Origin: Octopus sinensis
Taxonomy: Eukaryota
Direction: 5' to 3'
NCBI RefSeq assembly: GCF_006345805.1
Contig: NW_021835680.1
Span: 1 to 50,712 of the forward strand
DNA: 50,712 nucleotides
Below, piece by piece: positions 39,046 to 50,712 of this stretch. Numbering within the stretch: the first letter of the stretch is position 1; each line of letters starts with the position of its first letter. A model generated the notes under the pieces. The model saw only the letters and a program-made list of their open reading frames with translations, searched no databases and was not told where the DNA came from. A program made the translations under genes and the position numbers.

Positions 39046-39085
<40 letters not shown>

Positions 39086-39412
39086 AGGGCACTGCAGAAA
39101 AACGAGAAAATAAAAGAAATACCATAAAATGAGAGATTAAAGAAAAATTAAGTTTAAAAAAAAAACACATAAAAAGAAAAAGAGAAAGAGATAGAAAGAG
39201 AGAGGGAGGAGGGAGAATTCAAAAAATTTAAATTTGGAAGCAAATTTCTATACACTTAGAAGTTCTTTTCATATATGTCATTCAGGTCATCAGCATCTAT
39301 TTGAATTATCTAAATTGAAGCCATTGTCACACTTGAGTACTTTCCCTTAGATCCCATCACCTCATTATGCAAATTATATTGGCCAAATATATCAACCACC
39401 ATTATTTTTTTG

Positions 39413-39821
39413 ATTAATAAAATTCTCTCTGTCCACTAACTGAAGCAGGCCTGAGAAAAAAATCAACTTACACTGAGAAGGCTAAATAACACTGAAACTT
39501 GTGTGTAGTTGTCACTCTCCTTGTTATCATATGATTATATTTTACTGCCTAATTTTGTTAAATTCTTGAAATTATTCCCTTTATTTTGAGAAAAGATGGC
39601 TTTAGATATGTGGTTAAGATTAATAAAATTCTCTGTGTCTACGAGCTGAAGCAGGCTTGAGAAAAAAAAAAATCAACTTACACTGATGAGGCTTAATAAA
39701 ACTGAAACATGTGTGTAGCTGCCAGTCTCCTTGTTATCATATGATTATATTTTACTGCCTAATTTTGTTAAATTCTTGAAATTATTCCCTTTACTTTGAG
39801 AAAAGATGGCTTTAGATATGT
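39413..39821. repeat. Tandem duplication of ~207 bp of unique-looking DNA
   Basis: ttaataaaattctct...gatggctttagatatgt occurs twice, from 39413 and 39620. Confidence 0.9.
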
Positions 39822-39934
39822 AGTGGTGATATTCAGTTCATGACAGTAGAATTCCAGGTTCAATCTCACAGTGCAGTACCTTAGACTTGTGACATGCTTT
39901 GCAGACTCGTAAGTGAATTTGGTAGAAGGAAATT

Positions 39935-40935
39935 GCACAGCAAAGAAGCTTGCTTTGCAACCACACAGTTCCAGGTTCAGTCCCACTTTGTGACACCTTG
40001 ATCAAGTGTTTTCTACAATGGCCTCAAGCCAGCTAAAGACTCATGAATGGATTTGGTAAACAGAAACTGAAAGAAGCCTGTCCTATATGCATGTATGTAT
40101 GTGTGTGTGTGTGCATTTTGTGTCTCTTCCCTCCTCTACAACCACTTGACAACCATTGTTAGTTTGTTTACTTCCCTCTCACTTGGCAGTGACCAATAAA
40201 ATAAGAGCCAAACCGGAAAGTAAGAACTGGTGTTGCCCCAGAATGGCCTGCTGTCCAATGAGCGAAACAAGTAAAAGATACGTGAAAGGGTGGGCATAGC
40301 TATTTTATTGAATTCTTCATTATTTTCAAAATTAATCAAAATGAAGGCAGTGTATTTCAAGAGAAATATGGTAACGTAAAGGTTTTATGTTCCAGAGAAA
40401 TCTAAGGTGGGGGCCAGGTGGGGGAATTAGAAGCAGTTTTTAATCCCAGAGATGTTTCATATTAGATTTGAAATCTAGGTGTCAAGCTGGCAGAATCGTT
40501 AGGACACCAGACAAAATTCTTAGCGGCATTTTGTGTGTCTTCATGTTCTAAGTTCAAATTCCACCAGGATCAACTTTGCCTTATATTCTTCCAGAGTCGA
40601 TAAAATTAAGTACCAGTTATGCACTGAGGTTAATGTAATCAACTTATCCCCTCCCCCAATATTGTTGGCCTTATGCCAAAATTTGGAACCAATATTAGAT
40701 TTGAGCTTAGACAAAAACCTGTTCTGACAGAATAAGGGTGGTGGTGGTGGTGGTGGTAGGTCTAAGGCAGCGGTGAAGATGCATGGCTTAATGGTTAGGC
40801 TGTTGGGATCACAATCAGATGGTCACAGGTTCAATTCCTGAAATGGGCAGCAAGTTGTATTCTTTAACAAGACATTTCTTTTTATGCTTCGCCAGTCTAC
40901 TCAGCTGGAAACGAGTACCAGCTGCATACTGGGTC
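39935..40935 (+). mobile_element. Cluster of diverged SINEs: B (~39935-40300), A (~40484-40700), C (~40775-40935)
   Basis: Family motifs recognisable in each segment. Confidence 0.7.
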
Positions 40936-40939
40936 AGCC

Positions 40940-40979
<40 letters not shown>

Positions 40980-41049
40980 TGAGAGGGTATCCATAACTGC
41001 TCACAACTATGTGGGCACCAAAAACAATTAGCAAACACACAAAACAAGT

Positions 41050-41480
41050 CAAACTGTGGTCATTCTACCTGCTAGAAATAACAGTCAAATCTTTCTCTCT
41101 CTCAAATCCAAGTCTGTCATCTCAACAAATAGAATAACACATTATATAATGTATTCCAAGATATACCGTTCCAAAATTGACGACCGAGGTAGTCACTCTA
41201 CCTACTAGAAATAACAACCAAATTTCTCTCGTATCCCACTTATATGGAATGACACATTACATAATATAGAACTAGATACACTGTTTCAAAATCGATGACA
41301 GAAATGAAAAAGGGTGGATGCAATGAAGTGTGCCACCCTGAATACCCAACAAACAATCTGCAGGGTGTTGGAACATGAAAGAAAAAACAGCTTTTGTTGA
41401 TTCTTCAAATGATGGTTTTGCCTTTTTGAGTTTTGGTTCTGGTTTTGCTGTCAGCAACGTACTTACATTAATTAACATAC
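41050..41480. repeat. Left arm of an inverted repeat pair (right arm 47785-48235)
   Basis: Core gtaagtacgttgctgacagcaaaaccagaaccaaaactcaaaaa.gcaaaaccatcatttgaagaatcaacaaaagctg is near-identical in opposite orientation. Confidence 0.85.
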
Positions 41481-41662
41481 ACTTATGCTCTCTCTCTCTC
41501 TCACACACACACGTGTCCATACATGTTCACAGACATACATCGACATGTACACATACCTATATGCACACACAGACACATACACATGAAGTTGACTTGGTGT
41601 GTGTGTATAGATACATAGATATATGTAATAATTCACTTTAAGGACTATAGCAAAGCATACAC

Positions 41663-44062
41663 CTTCACCATAATCATTCCCACCCTGTCCATAATCAATC
41701 CCACCCTGGCCATAATCATTCCCACCCTGGCTATAATCATTTCCACCCTGGCTATAATCATTCCCACCCTGACCATAATCACTTCCACCCTGTCCATAAT
41801 CATTTCCACCCTGTCCATAATCATTCCCACACTGACCATAATCACTTCCACCCTGTCCATAATCGTTCCCACCCTGGCCATAATCACTTCCACCCTGTCC
41901 ATAATCATTCCCACCCTGACCATAATCACTTCCGCCCTGTCCATAATCATTCCCACCCTGGCCATAATCATTCCCACTCTGTCCATAATCACCTTGCCCA
42001 TAATCATTCCCACCCTGGCCATAATCATTCCCACCCTGGCTATAATCATTCCCACCCTGTCCATAATCATTCCCACCCTGACCATAATGGATTCCACCCT
42101 GTCCATAATCATTCCCACCCTGGCTATAATCATTTCCACCCTGTCCATAATCATTCCCACCCTGGCTATAATCATTTCCACCCTGTCCATAATCATTCTC
42201 ACCCTGGCCATAATCACTTCCACCCTGTCCATAATCATTCCCACCCTGGCTATAATCATTTCCACCCTGGCTATAATCATTTCTACTCTGACCATAATCA
42301 TTCCCACCCTGACCATAATCACTTCCACCCTGTCCATAATCATTCCCACCCTGACCATAATCACTTCCACCCTGTCCATAATCATTCTCACCCTGGCCAT
42401 AACCATTCCCACCCTGACCATAATCATTTCCACCCTGGCTATAATCATTCCCACCCTGACCATAATCACTTCCACCCTGTCCATAATCATTCCCACCCTG
42501 ACCATAATCACTTCCGCCCTGTCCATAATCATTCCCACCCTGGCCATAATCAATCCCACCCTGGCCATAATCATTCCCACCCTGGCTATAATCATTTCCA
42601 CCCTGTCCATAATCATTCCCACACTGACCATAATCACTTCCACCCTGTCCATAATCGTTCCCACCCTGGCCATAATCACTTCCACCCTGTCCATAATCAT
42701 TCCCACCCTGACCATAATCACTTCCGCCCTGTCCATAATCATTCCCACCCTGGCCATAATCATTCCCACTCTGTCCATAATCACCTTGCCATAATCATTC
42801 CCCCCTGGCCATAATCATTCCCCCACCTGGCTATAATCATTCCCACCTGTCCATAATCATTCCCACCCTGACCATAATGGATTCCACCCTGTCCATAATC
42901 ATTCCCACCCTGGCTATAATCATTCCACCCTGTCCATAATCATTCCACCCTGGCTATATCATTTCCACCTGTCCATAATCATTCCCACACTGACCATAAT
43001 CACTTCCACCCTGTCCATAATCGTTCCCACCCTGGCCATAATCACTTCCACCCTGTCCATAATCATTCCCACCCTGACCATAATCACTTCCGCCCTGTCC
43101 ATAATCATTCCCACTCTGTCCATAATCACCTTGCCCATAATCATTCCCACCCTGGCCATAATCATTCCCACCCTGGCTATAATCATTCCCACCCTGTCCA
43201 TAATCATTCCCACCCTGACCATAATGGATTCCACCCTGTCCATAATCATTCCCACCCTGGCTATAATCATTTCCACCCTGTCCATAATCATTCCCACCCT
43301 GGCTATAATCATTTCCACCCTGGCTATAATCATTTCTACTCTGACCATAATCATTCCCACCCTGACCATAATCACTTCCACCCTGTCCATAATCATTCCC
43401 ACCCTGACCATAATCACTTCCACCCTGTCCATAATCATTCTCACCCTGGCCATAACCATTCCCACCCTGGCCATAATCATTCCCACCCTGACCATAATCA
43501 TTTCCACCCTGGCTATAATCTTTCCCACCCTGACCATAATCACTTCCACCCTGTCCATAATCATTCCCACCCTGACCATAATCACTTCCACCCTGTCCAT
43601 AATCATTCCCACTCTGGTTATAATCATTCCCACCCTGGTTATAATCATTCCCACCCTGACTATAATGACTTCAACCCTGTCCATAATCATCCCCACCCTG
43701 GCTATAATCATTCCCATCCTGACCATAATCATTCCCACCCTGACCATAACCATTCCCACCCTGGCCATAATCATTTCCACCCCTGTCCATAATCATTCCC
43801 ACCCTGACCATAATGGCTTCCACCCTGGCCATAATCATTTCCACCCTGTCCATAATCATTCCCACACTGACCATAATGACTTCCACCTTGTCCATAATCA
43901 TCCCCACCCTGGCTATAATCATTCCCACCCTGGCCATAATCATCCCCACCCTGGCTATAATCATCCCCACCTTGGCTATAATCATTCCCCCCCTGTCCAT
44001 AATCATTCCCACCCAGACTATAATCATTCCCACCCTGGCCATAACCATTCCCACTCTGACTT
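41663..44062 (-). CDS. Candidate giant repeat exon encoding (GGNDYGQ)n, a Gly/Tyr/Gln-rich low-complexity domain
   Basis: Commonest variants are synonymous only in this frame; 15-bp units keep the frame; acceptor catctcattttacAG at 44064-44063; donor AAG|GTGTAT or GGT|GTATGC at 41662/41660. Several 1-bp indels in C-runs break the frame. Confidence 0.5.
41667..44057. repeat. 21-bp tandem array CCATAATCATTCCCACCCTG(G/T/A), ~114 units, with higher-order blocks
   Basis: Direct; landmark variants (accttg at 41991, 42783, 43128) recur. Confidence 0.98.
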
Positions 44063-44722
44063 CTGTAAAATGAGATGTGCAGCTCCCCTTCCACAAGAAA
44101 CTTGTTCTGTTCTGGCCCCTTCTCTCTCACTTTAGCCCCTCATCCCATAGCATAAGGTTGCCTTGTTTTTCTGCTATAGCCCCACACCTGTATGGGGAGA
44201 GCTGGTATCACGAGAAAGAAAATAGCACCCAGTACGTACATCCTGCAAAGTGGTTTGTATTAGGAAAGGTGACCAACAGGTGAAACCATACAAAAACTGA
44301 GACATTGGAGCAAGGGGTCCGCGGACCCATCGGGGCATCTCAAAACATGGACATAAAGTGACGATGATGATGATGATGACAATGACTATGATAATAGTGG
44401 TGGTGGTGGTGGTGGTGGTGGTGGTGGTGGTGTGGTGGTGGTGAACACACATTCATTCAGAGACGGACAGACAGACCGATCATCAACAAAGACACCATTT
44501 ACTCAATTCATTTTTATTTGTTTTCTACAATTTTACCCCTTTTATTTTTATTATTGATAAAAATAATTTTTAAGAACTTTCAAAAAACAATTTGGTTCTT
44601 TCTTGACAAAAAAAATGTTATCACTTCGTTTTGATAATTTTCTTTATTTTCACAGTTAAATTAATTTTTTGCCAAGTAATCAGATTTTTTTGCCATCTAT
44701 GTGTGAACATGTGATATATGCG

Positions 44723-44757
<35 letters not shown>

Positions 44758-44825
44758 ATATATGTGTATATGTGTGTGTGTATATACATATATGTGTATA
44801 TATATATATATATACATATGTGTGT

Positions 44826-44844
44826 GTATATATATATATTAAAC

Positions 44845-44930
<86 letters not shown>

Positions 44931-44932
44931 AT

Positions 44933-44965
<33 letters not shown>

Positions 44966-44997
44966 AATAGAAAGATAGATAGATAGATAAATAGATG

Positions 44998-45033
<36 letters not shown>

Positions 45034-45056
45034 CATACATACATACATACATACAT

Positions 45057-45103
<47 letters not shown>

Positions 45104-45128
45104 CAGATAAATAGATGGATAGATAGAT

Positions 45129-45167
<39 letters not shown>

Positions 45168-45212
45168 CAGATAAATAGATGGATAGATAGATAGAAAGAT
45201 AGATAGATAGAC

Positions 45213-45248
<36 letters not shown>

Positions 45249-45310
45249 GGATAGATAGATAGATAGATAGTAGATAGATAGATAGGTAGATAGATAGATA
45301 AAATAGATGG
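44826..45310. repeat. (GATA)n tetranucleotide tract
   Basis: Direct. Confidence 0.97.
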
Positions 45311-45750
45311 ATGGATAGGGAGAGAGACGGAGGAGGGCTGCATGTAGTGTCTTCTGGGGGCACTTATGGAGTTAAGATGAAAAACAATGACTGCAATGAT
45401 GACAAAGGAAAGGGAAACAAAAAAAGAATGAAAGAAAACATTTCCAGAACAAAAGAAGCTTGAAAGAGCCATTGTGTGGTGGTGTGTGTTTTTTAAAGAA
45501 CTTTCCAAATTGCTGTGTGTGTATGTTTACACGAGGGTAGGGTGAGACGACAGTGTGTATATGCGGATGCAGGCATACGTACGCATATATATATATATAT
45601 ATGTATATTTTACACATACGTATATATTTATATATGCTGCATATACATTATATCATGTACATATATATACATATATATTTATATATATATATATATATAT
45701 GATTATATACATGTATGTATATATATATATATATATAATATATATACTGT

Positions 45751-45791
<41 letters not shown>

Positions 45792-45908
45792 ATAATATAT
45801 CTATATATATATATATATCGAAACATATCTAAGTTTATCTAAGTTTATATATATATATATATATGATATTATATTACATGTATGTATATATATATATATA
45901 TGATTATC

Positions 45909-45950
<42 letters not shown>

Positions 45951-46269
45951 TATATACATGTATATATATATATATATATGATTATATACATCTATATATA
46001 TATATATTTATATAAATATGATTATATACATGTATATATTTATATATATATTTATATAAATATGATTATGTATATACATGTATATATATATATATAGATA
46101 TATATAGCTATTGCACATGTATATGTTTATAAATATTCACACATGTATATATATATCTGTACATAAATAGGAATGCATGCACGCACACATGCACATCTAT
46201 CATGTAATGGTTATCAGTGTATGATAGCAGACAAAAGAAAACACCCACGGAGAACTCAATACTACTGCA

Positions 46270-46775
46270 GTGTGTGTGTGTGTGTGTGAGACCATGTACA
46301 TACACACAGCTACATGCACACACACAGCTACTCGGACACAAAGTTATATATACACACAGCTACACACACTGCTATATATACGCACAGCTATATATACACA
46401 CACACATCTACTCACAAACACAGTTACATATACACACACACAAACACACACACAGCCATATATACACACACAGCTACACACACACAGCTATACACACACA
46501 CAGTTACACACACAGACAGCTACACACAGACAGCTACACACACACACACACACAGAGCTACATAAACAGACAGCTACACACACATCTATATATACACACA
46601 CAGCTACACACACACACGCGCGCACACACACAGCTACATACCCATCTACACACACACACACACGCACACACGGCTACATACCCATCTACACACACACACA
46701 CACGCACACACGGCTACATACCCATCTACACACACACACACACAAATACACACATACTCAGCTACGCATACACTA
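46270..46775. repeat. (CA)n-based compound repeat with recurrent cagctaca motifs
   Basis: Direct; includes a ~38-bp unit (gctacatacccatctacacaca...) three times at ~46630-46740. Confidence 0.85.
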
Positions 46776-47784
46776 CAAATCAACTTAATGTCCTGTCTCC
46801 CTCTCTATCAACCTCTTCTCTCTACATTCTGTCCCCTCTCTTCCCCCCCCTCTCTCTATACCCCTCTCCCTCTCTCCCCCTCTCTCTATTCTCTCACCTC
46901 TTCTTCCCCCACACCTTCTCCCTATATCTCTTTCGATGGATGCTACAACACATCTTCCCTGACTCCATCCAACTTAACTCTGCCATTCTTCAATTTTCTC
47001 ATTTTCTTCCTCCATTTTACACACACGCATGCAAGTACGCTTCCGTGGTTGCATGTGTGCATATTTGTGCATCTGTGTGCACAGCTATGCATATGCGTGA
47101 GTGCATGTATGTCCGTGTACATGTATTACCTGTGTGTTCATGAATACTTTCATAATATGCATTTGTGTATGCCTTCGTGTACGCTCAGGTATGCGTGTGC
47201 ATAAGTATGCACGTGGATGTGCATAACTGTATGTGCATGCAGTTGTGCACCTGGGCGTATTTGTGCTTAGATGCATGCTTACCTTTGCGTGCACGTGCAT
47301 GTATTTCTGTATGCTTTTGTAGTATAAGTATTTGTTTATATTTTGTATATGCTATACGCTTATGCGCATAAGTGTGTTTGTGTGTGAGTGTGTGTGTGCG
47401 TGTGGTGTGTGTGTGTGCGGTGTGTTGAGTGTGTGTGTGTGGTGTGCGTTGTGTGCGTTGGTTGTTGTGTGTGTGGTGTGTGTGTGTGTGTGTTGTGCGT
47501 TAGTGTTTTTTGTGTGTTGTGTGGTGTGTGTGTTGTGTGCGTGCGTGTGTGTGTGTGTGTTGTGGGTCAGGTTGTTTGTGTGGTGTTTTTTTGTGTGTGG
47601 TGTGTGTGTGTGTGCGTTGCGTGTGTGTGTGTGCTTGTTTGTGTTAGTGTGTGTGTGTGTGCGTGCCGTGTGTGTGTGTGTGTGTGTGTTAGTGTTTGTG
47701 TGTGTTTGTGTGTGGTGTGTTGTGCGTGTGTGTTTGTGTGTGTGTGGTGTGTGTGTGTGTGTGTGTGTGTTTGTGCATGTGTGT

Positions 47785-48235
47785 ACGTTAATTATTGTAA
47801 GTACGTTGCTGACAGCAAAACCAGAACCAAAACTCAAAAAAGCAAAACCATCATTTGAAGAATCAACAAAAGCTGTTTTGGTTTTCTTTCATGTCGCAAC
47901 ACTCTGCAGATAGTTTGTTGGGTATTCAGGGTGACACAGTTCATTGCTCACTTTAGACGTCAATTTTAAAATAGTGGATCTAAAACTACATTATGTAATG
48001 CGTCATTCCACTTTTTTAAGATGACAGACCGGGATTTGTGTGAAATTTCGTTGCTATTTCTAGCAAATAAAATCACCACTTCAGCGACAAATTTTCAAAC
48101 TGTATATATAGGACAATATTACGTAATATATTGTTCCATTGAGTGGGATTTGAGCAAGATCTGGCTGTTATTTCCAGCAGATACAATGACTATATGGTTG
48201 ACATATTGTCTGAAACAAAACAATATTAACTGTGG
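47785..48235. repeat. Right arm of the inverted repeat pair
   Basis: See 41050-41480. Confidence 0.85.
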
Positions 48236-48596
48236 TCACAAAGCTGTGGGTTACAGGGGAATACAACCTGGTGACATGCCTAGCAAGGCATTTGGCTGCT
48301 ACTTCTAACAGGTTAAACAACTACACAGTTTTGTATGTGGACTCATAAAACACACACACACACAAACCCAAACATTCATCATGCCTGAGGTGTTCCCACT
48401 GCTTACAACACTGAGCTGTACCAAACTTCCATGCCATGCAGAGCAATCTTCAGCTGCACAAAGACATAGAATTTAATTAAATTAGAACAGATGGACACAA
48501 TTAAATGGAGTTGCATAAAACAAGCGTACTGCATTACCTCTGGATATCCTTGTTGCTATATATGTGTGTGTGTGTGTGTATTTAATAATTAATATC

Positions 48597-48868
48597 AATA
48601 TTAGGGAAATTATTTCCGAGTCCACAGGGGAGAGAAGGTCAATTTAGTGGTACTAAAATGAATTACTCACTGTATTAAATACATATAAATAGATAGGTTT
48701 AAGAGAGAGAATCACCCTCAAGCAACTCAATCATCATTGAATGACATTATCCACAATAGGTACAAATAGGACTAAATATTAAAATTATCAAAATTAATAC
48801 CAACAATTTTTATTCCAAATTATCAAAATTAATACCTTGAATTCTTATTACAAATCATATACTTTACA
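48597..48868. repeat. Unclassified interspersed repeat, copy 2
   Basis: Direct repeat of 13590-13832 with a small internal duplication. Confidence 0.85.
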
Positions 48869-48877
48869 TTATCATAA

Positions 48878-49097
48878 GATCGCAGTTTCGATTCCTAGAC
48901 TAGGCATTGTGAGTGTTTATTGTGCGAAAACACCTAAAGCTCTACGAGGCTCTGGCAGGGGGTGGTGGTGAACCCTGCTGTACTCTTTCACCACAACTTT
49001 CTCTCACTCTTTCTTCCTGTTTCTGTTGTACCTGTATTTCAAAGGGCCAGCCTTGTCATACTCTGTATCATGCTGATTCTCCCCAAGGACTACGTTA
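48878..49097 (+). mobile_element. 5'-truncated SINE D body fused to a family-C tail
   Basis: aaaacacctaaagctctacgaggctctggcaggg... then gttgtacctgtatttcaaagggccagccttgtca, matching 49966-50038. Confidence 0.8.
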
Positions 49098-49117
49098 TGG
49101 GTTAAGTTCTGACCTTT

Positions 49118-49186
49118 GTGGATCTTAAAATGTCTTTTGAGGCCTTTGTTAGATTTGCAGACCTTCTGGCATACATTGCATTGAAA
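49118..49186 (-). other. Isolated C2H2 zinc-finger coding fragment (FQCNVCQKVCKSNKGLKRHFKIH)
   Basis: Exact C-x2-C-x12-H-x3-H spacing; sandwiched between two SINEs. Confidence 0.6.
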
Positions 49187-49204
49187 CCTCCTGGCATACA
49201 TTGC

Positions 49205-49605
49205 ACAGAGTGGCTGTGTGGTAAGTAGCTTGCTTACCAACCACATGGCTCTGGGTTCAGTCCCACTGCATGGCACCTTGGGCAAGTGTCTTCTACTATA
49301 GCCTCGGGCCGACCAAAGCCTTGTGAGTGGATTTGGTAGACGGAAACTGAAAGAAGCCCGTCGTATATATGTATATATATATATATATGCATGTGTGTGT
49401 TTGTGTGTCTGTGTTTGTCCCCCTAGAATTGCTTGACAACCGATGCTGGTGTGTTTATGTCCCCGTTACTTAGCGGTTCGGCAAAAGAGACCGATAGAAT
49501 AAGTACTGGACTTACAAAAAAGAATAAGTCCCGGGGTCGAGTTGCTCGATTAAAGGCGGTGCTCCAGCATGGCCGCAGTCAAAATGACTGAAACAAGCAA
49601 AAAAG
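49205..49605 (+). mobile_element. SINE family B, full length, young
   Basis: CpG-rich; near-identical to the reverse complement of 21510-21928. Confidence 0.92.
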
Positions 49606-49828
49606 AAAAAAAGAAAAAGAAAAGATATATATAGGCAGATTAGTTGGTGGAGGTTCGTTTTCCATGGGTTCGCAAATGAGGTTTGAGCCCAGCAAAAGAC
49701 AGGCATGGTCTGTCACAAACGGTGCATGCAAAAAGGTCATTGTGATTCACCTCCTCAATCATAACGTTTTTCCTCAAATTTCTCTTGAGATAAAAACAGA
49801 TATACACACATATTTATACACATGCAGT

Positions 49829-50148
49829 GAGGGCGCGTGGCTTAGTGGTTAGGGCATTCGGCTCATGATCGTAAGGTTGTGAGTTCGATTCCCGGCGACG
49901 CGTTGTGTCCTTGAGCAAGACACTTTATTTCACGTGGCTCCAGTCCACTCAGCTGGCAAAAATGAGTTGTACTTGTATTTCAAAGGGTAAGCCTTGTCAC
50001 TCTCTGTGTCACGCTGATTATCCCCGAGAACTACGTTAAGGGTACACGTGTCTGTGGAATGCTCAGCCATTTGCACGTTAATTTCACGAGCAAGCTGTTC
50101 CGTTGATTCGGATCAGCTGGGACCCTCGTCGTCGGAACCGGCGGAGTC
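49829..50148 (+). mobile_element. tRNA-derived SINE family C (CORE-like centre)
   Basis: A box TGGCTTAGTGG (49838-49848), B box GAGTTCGATTCC (49881-49892), CORE-like tccttgagcaagacacttta...ccagtccactcagctg, T-rich end. Confidence 0.88.
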
Positions 50149-50712
50149 TTTTTTTTTTATACACATGCATATAGCACACAGGTGCACACAGGTGCACAAG
50201 TTAGTAATCTATGCATATTCATATAGATGTGTTAGTATGCATGTGTATGCATGTGTGTGTGTGTGGGTGTGTGTGTATCAAAATGCGGATGTCTGGGAGA
50301 AAAAGAGAGAAGAAGATAGAGAGAGAGGAAAATAGAGATTTAAAACAGAGGAATTATCCAAATAAATTAATAGCCACTAATCAAGTTAAAAACCAAAAAA
50401 AAAAACGATAAAGAAAAAACATTTGTTTACCATTGGAAATTAACATGGTTTCTTTTAGTATTTTTTATTTTTTAATTTTAGTTCATTTAGTTATTTATTC
50501 TGTTTTGTTTTTGCTCAGCCAGTCTTAACGAAGACAGAATATATAAACAAAGATGACAAACAAGAATTTGGTGATGCTGTTGTTGTTTGTTGTTGTTGTT
50601 TAACGCTCTGTTAGCTCTGATTGAAAAGGTCTGTGATCAAAGATATTCTAATCATGATTATCTCGTCTTTAAGTATAAAGCAAATTGCAATTAGAGTGAG
50701 ATTTGGCAGCAG

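Noticed and set aside
41667-44057. CRISPR-like array
   Set aside because: Contiguous tandem units with no unique spacers, eukaryotic context, no cas genes.
41645-44135. Long (MIMDRVG)n, (IIIPTLS)n and (HNHSHPG)n ORFs
   Set aside because: Alternative frames of the 21-bp array; the common unit variants are non-synonymous in these frames, unlike the GGNDYGQ frame.
49829-49900. tRNA genes at the SINE heads (also 30951, 15210, 49205)
   Set aside because: A/B boxes are present but there is no complete cloverleaf or acceptor stem, and each continues into a multi-copy SINE body.

Overview
AT-rich animal genomic DNA, very probably from an octopus. This is inferred from the octopus-type tRNA-derived SINEs and the extreme (TA)n/(CA)n/(TAA)n/(GGT)n/(GATA)n load. 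Most ORFs in the supplied track are microsatellite artefacts. Recognisable mobile elements: a decayed mariner transposase (18.7-19.9 kb), the 5' part of an R4/Dong-like LINE with a 4x tandem-amplified start (3.7-5.4 kb), an RTE/BovB-like 3' fragment, a piggyBac-type MITE with a TTAA duplication, a Penelope-like remnant carrying a degenerate hammerhead ribozyme core, a (TAA)n-embedded ~540-bp non-autonomous element in three copies, and many SINEs (labelled A-D here) with interchangeable 3' tails. Best host-gene candidates are all on the minus strand: (i) a ~2.4-kb 21-bp array whose commonest variants are silent only in the frame encoding (GGNDYGQ)n and which is bounded by splice-like sites; (ii) a Q/S/P-rich ORF with a CCCH finger plus the start of a second finger in a shifted frame at the left edge; (iii) a few isolated exon candidates. 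No complete host gene could be assembled. SINE boundaries are approximate.
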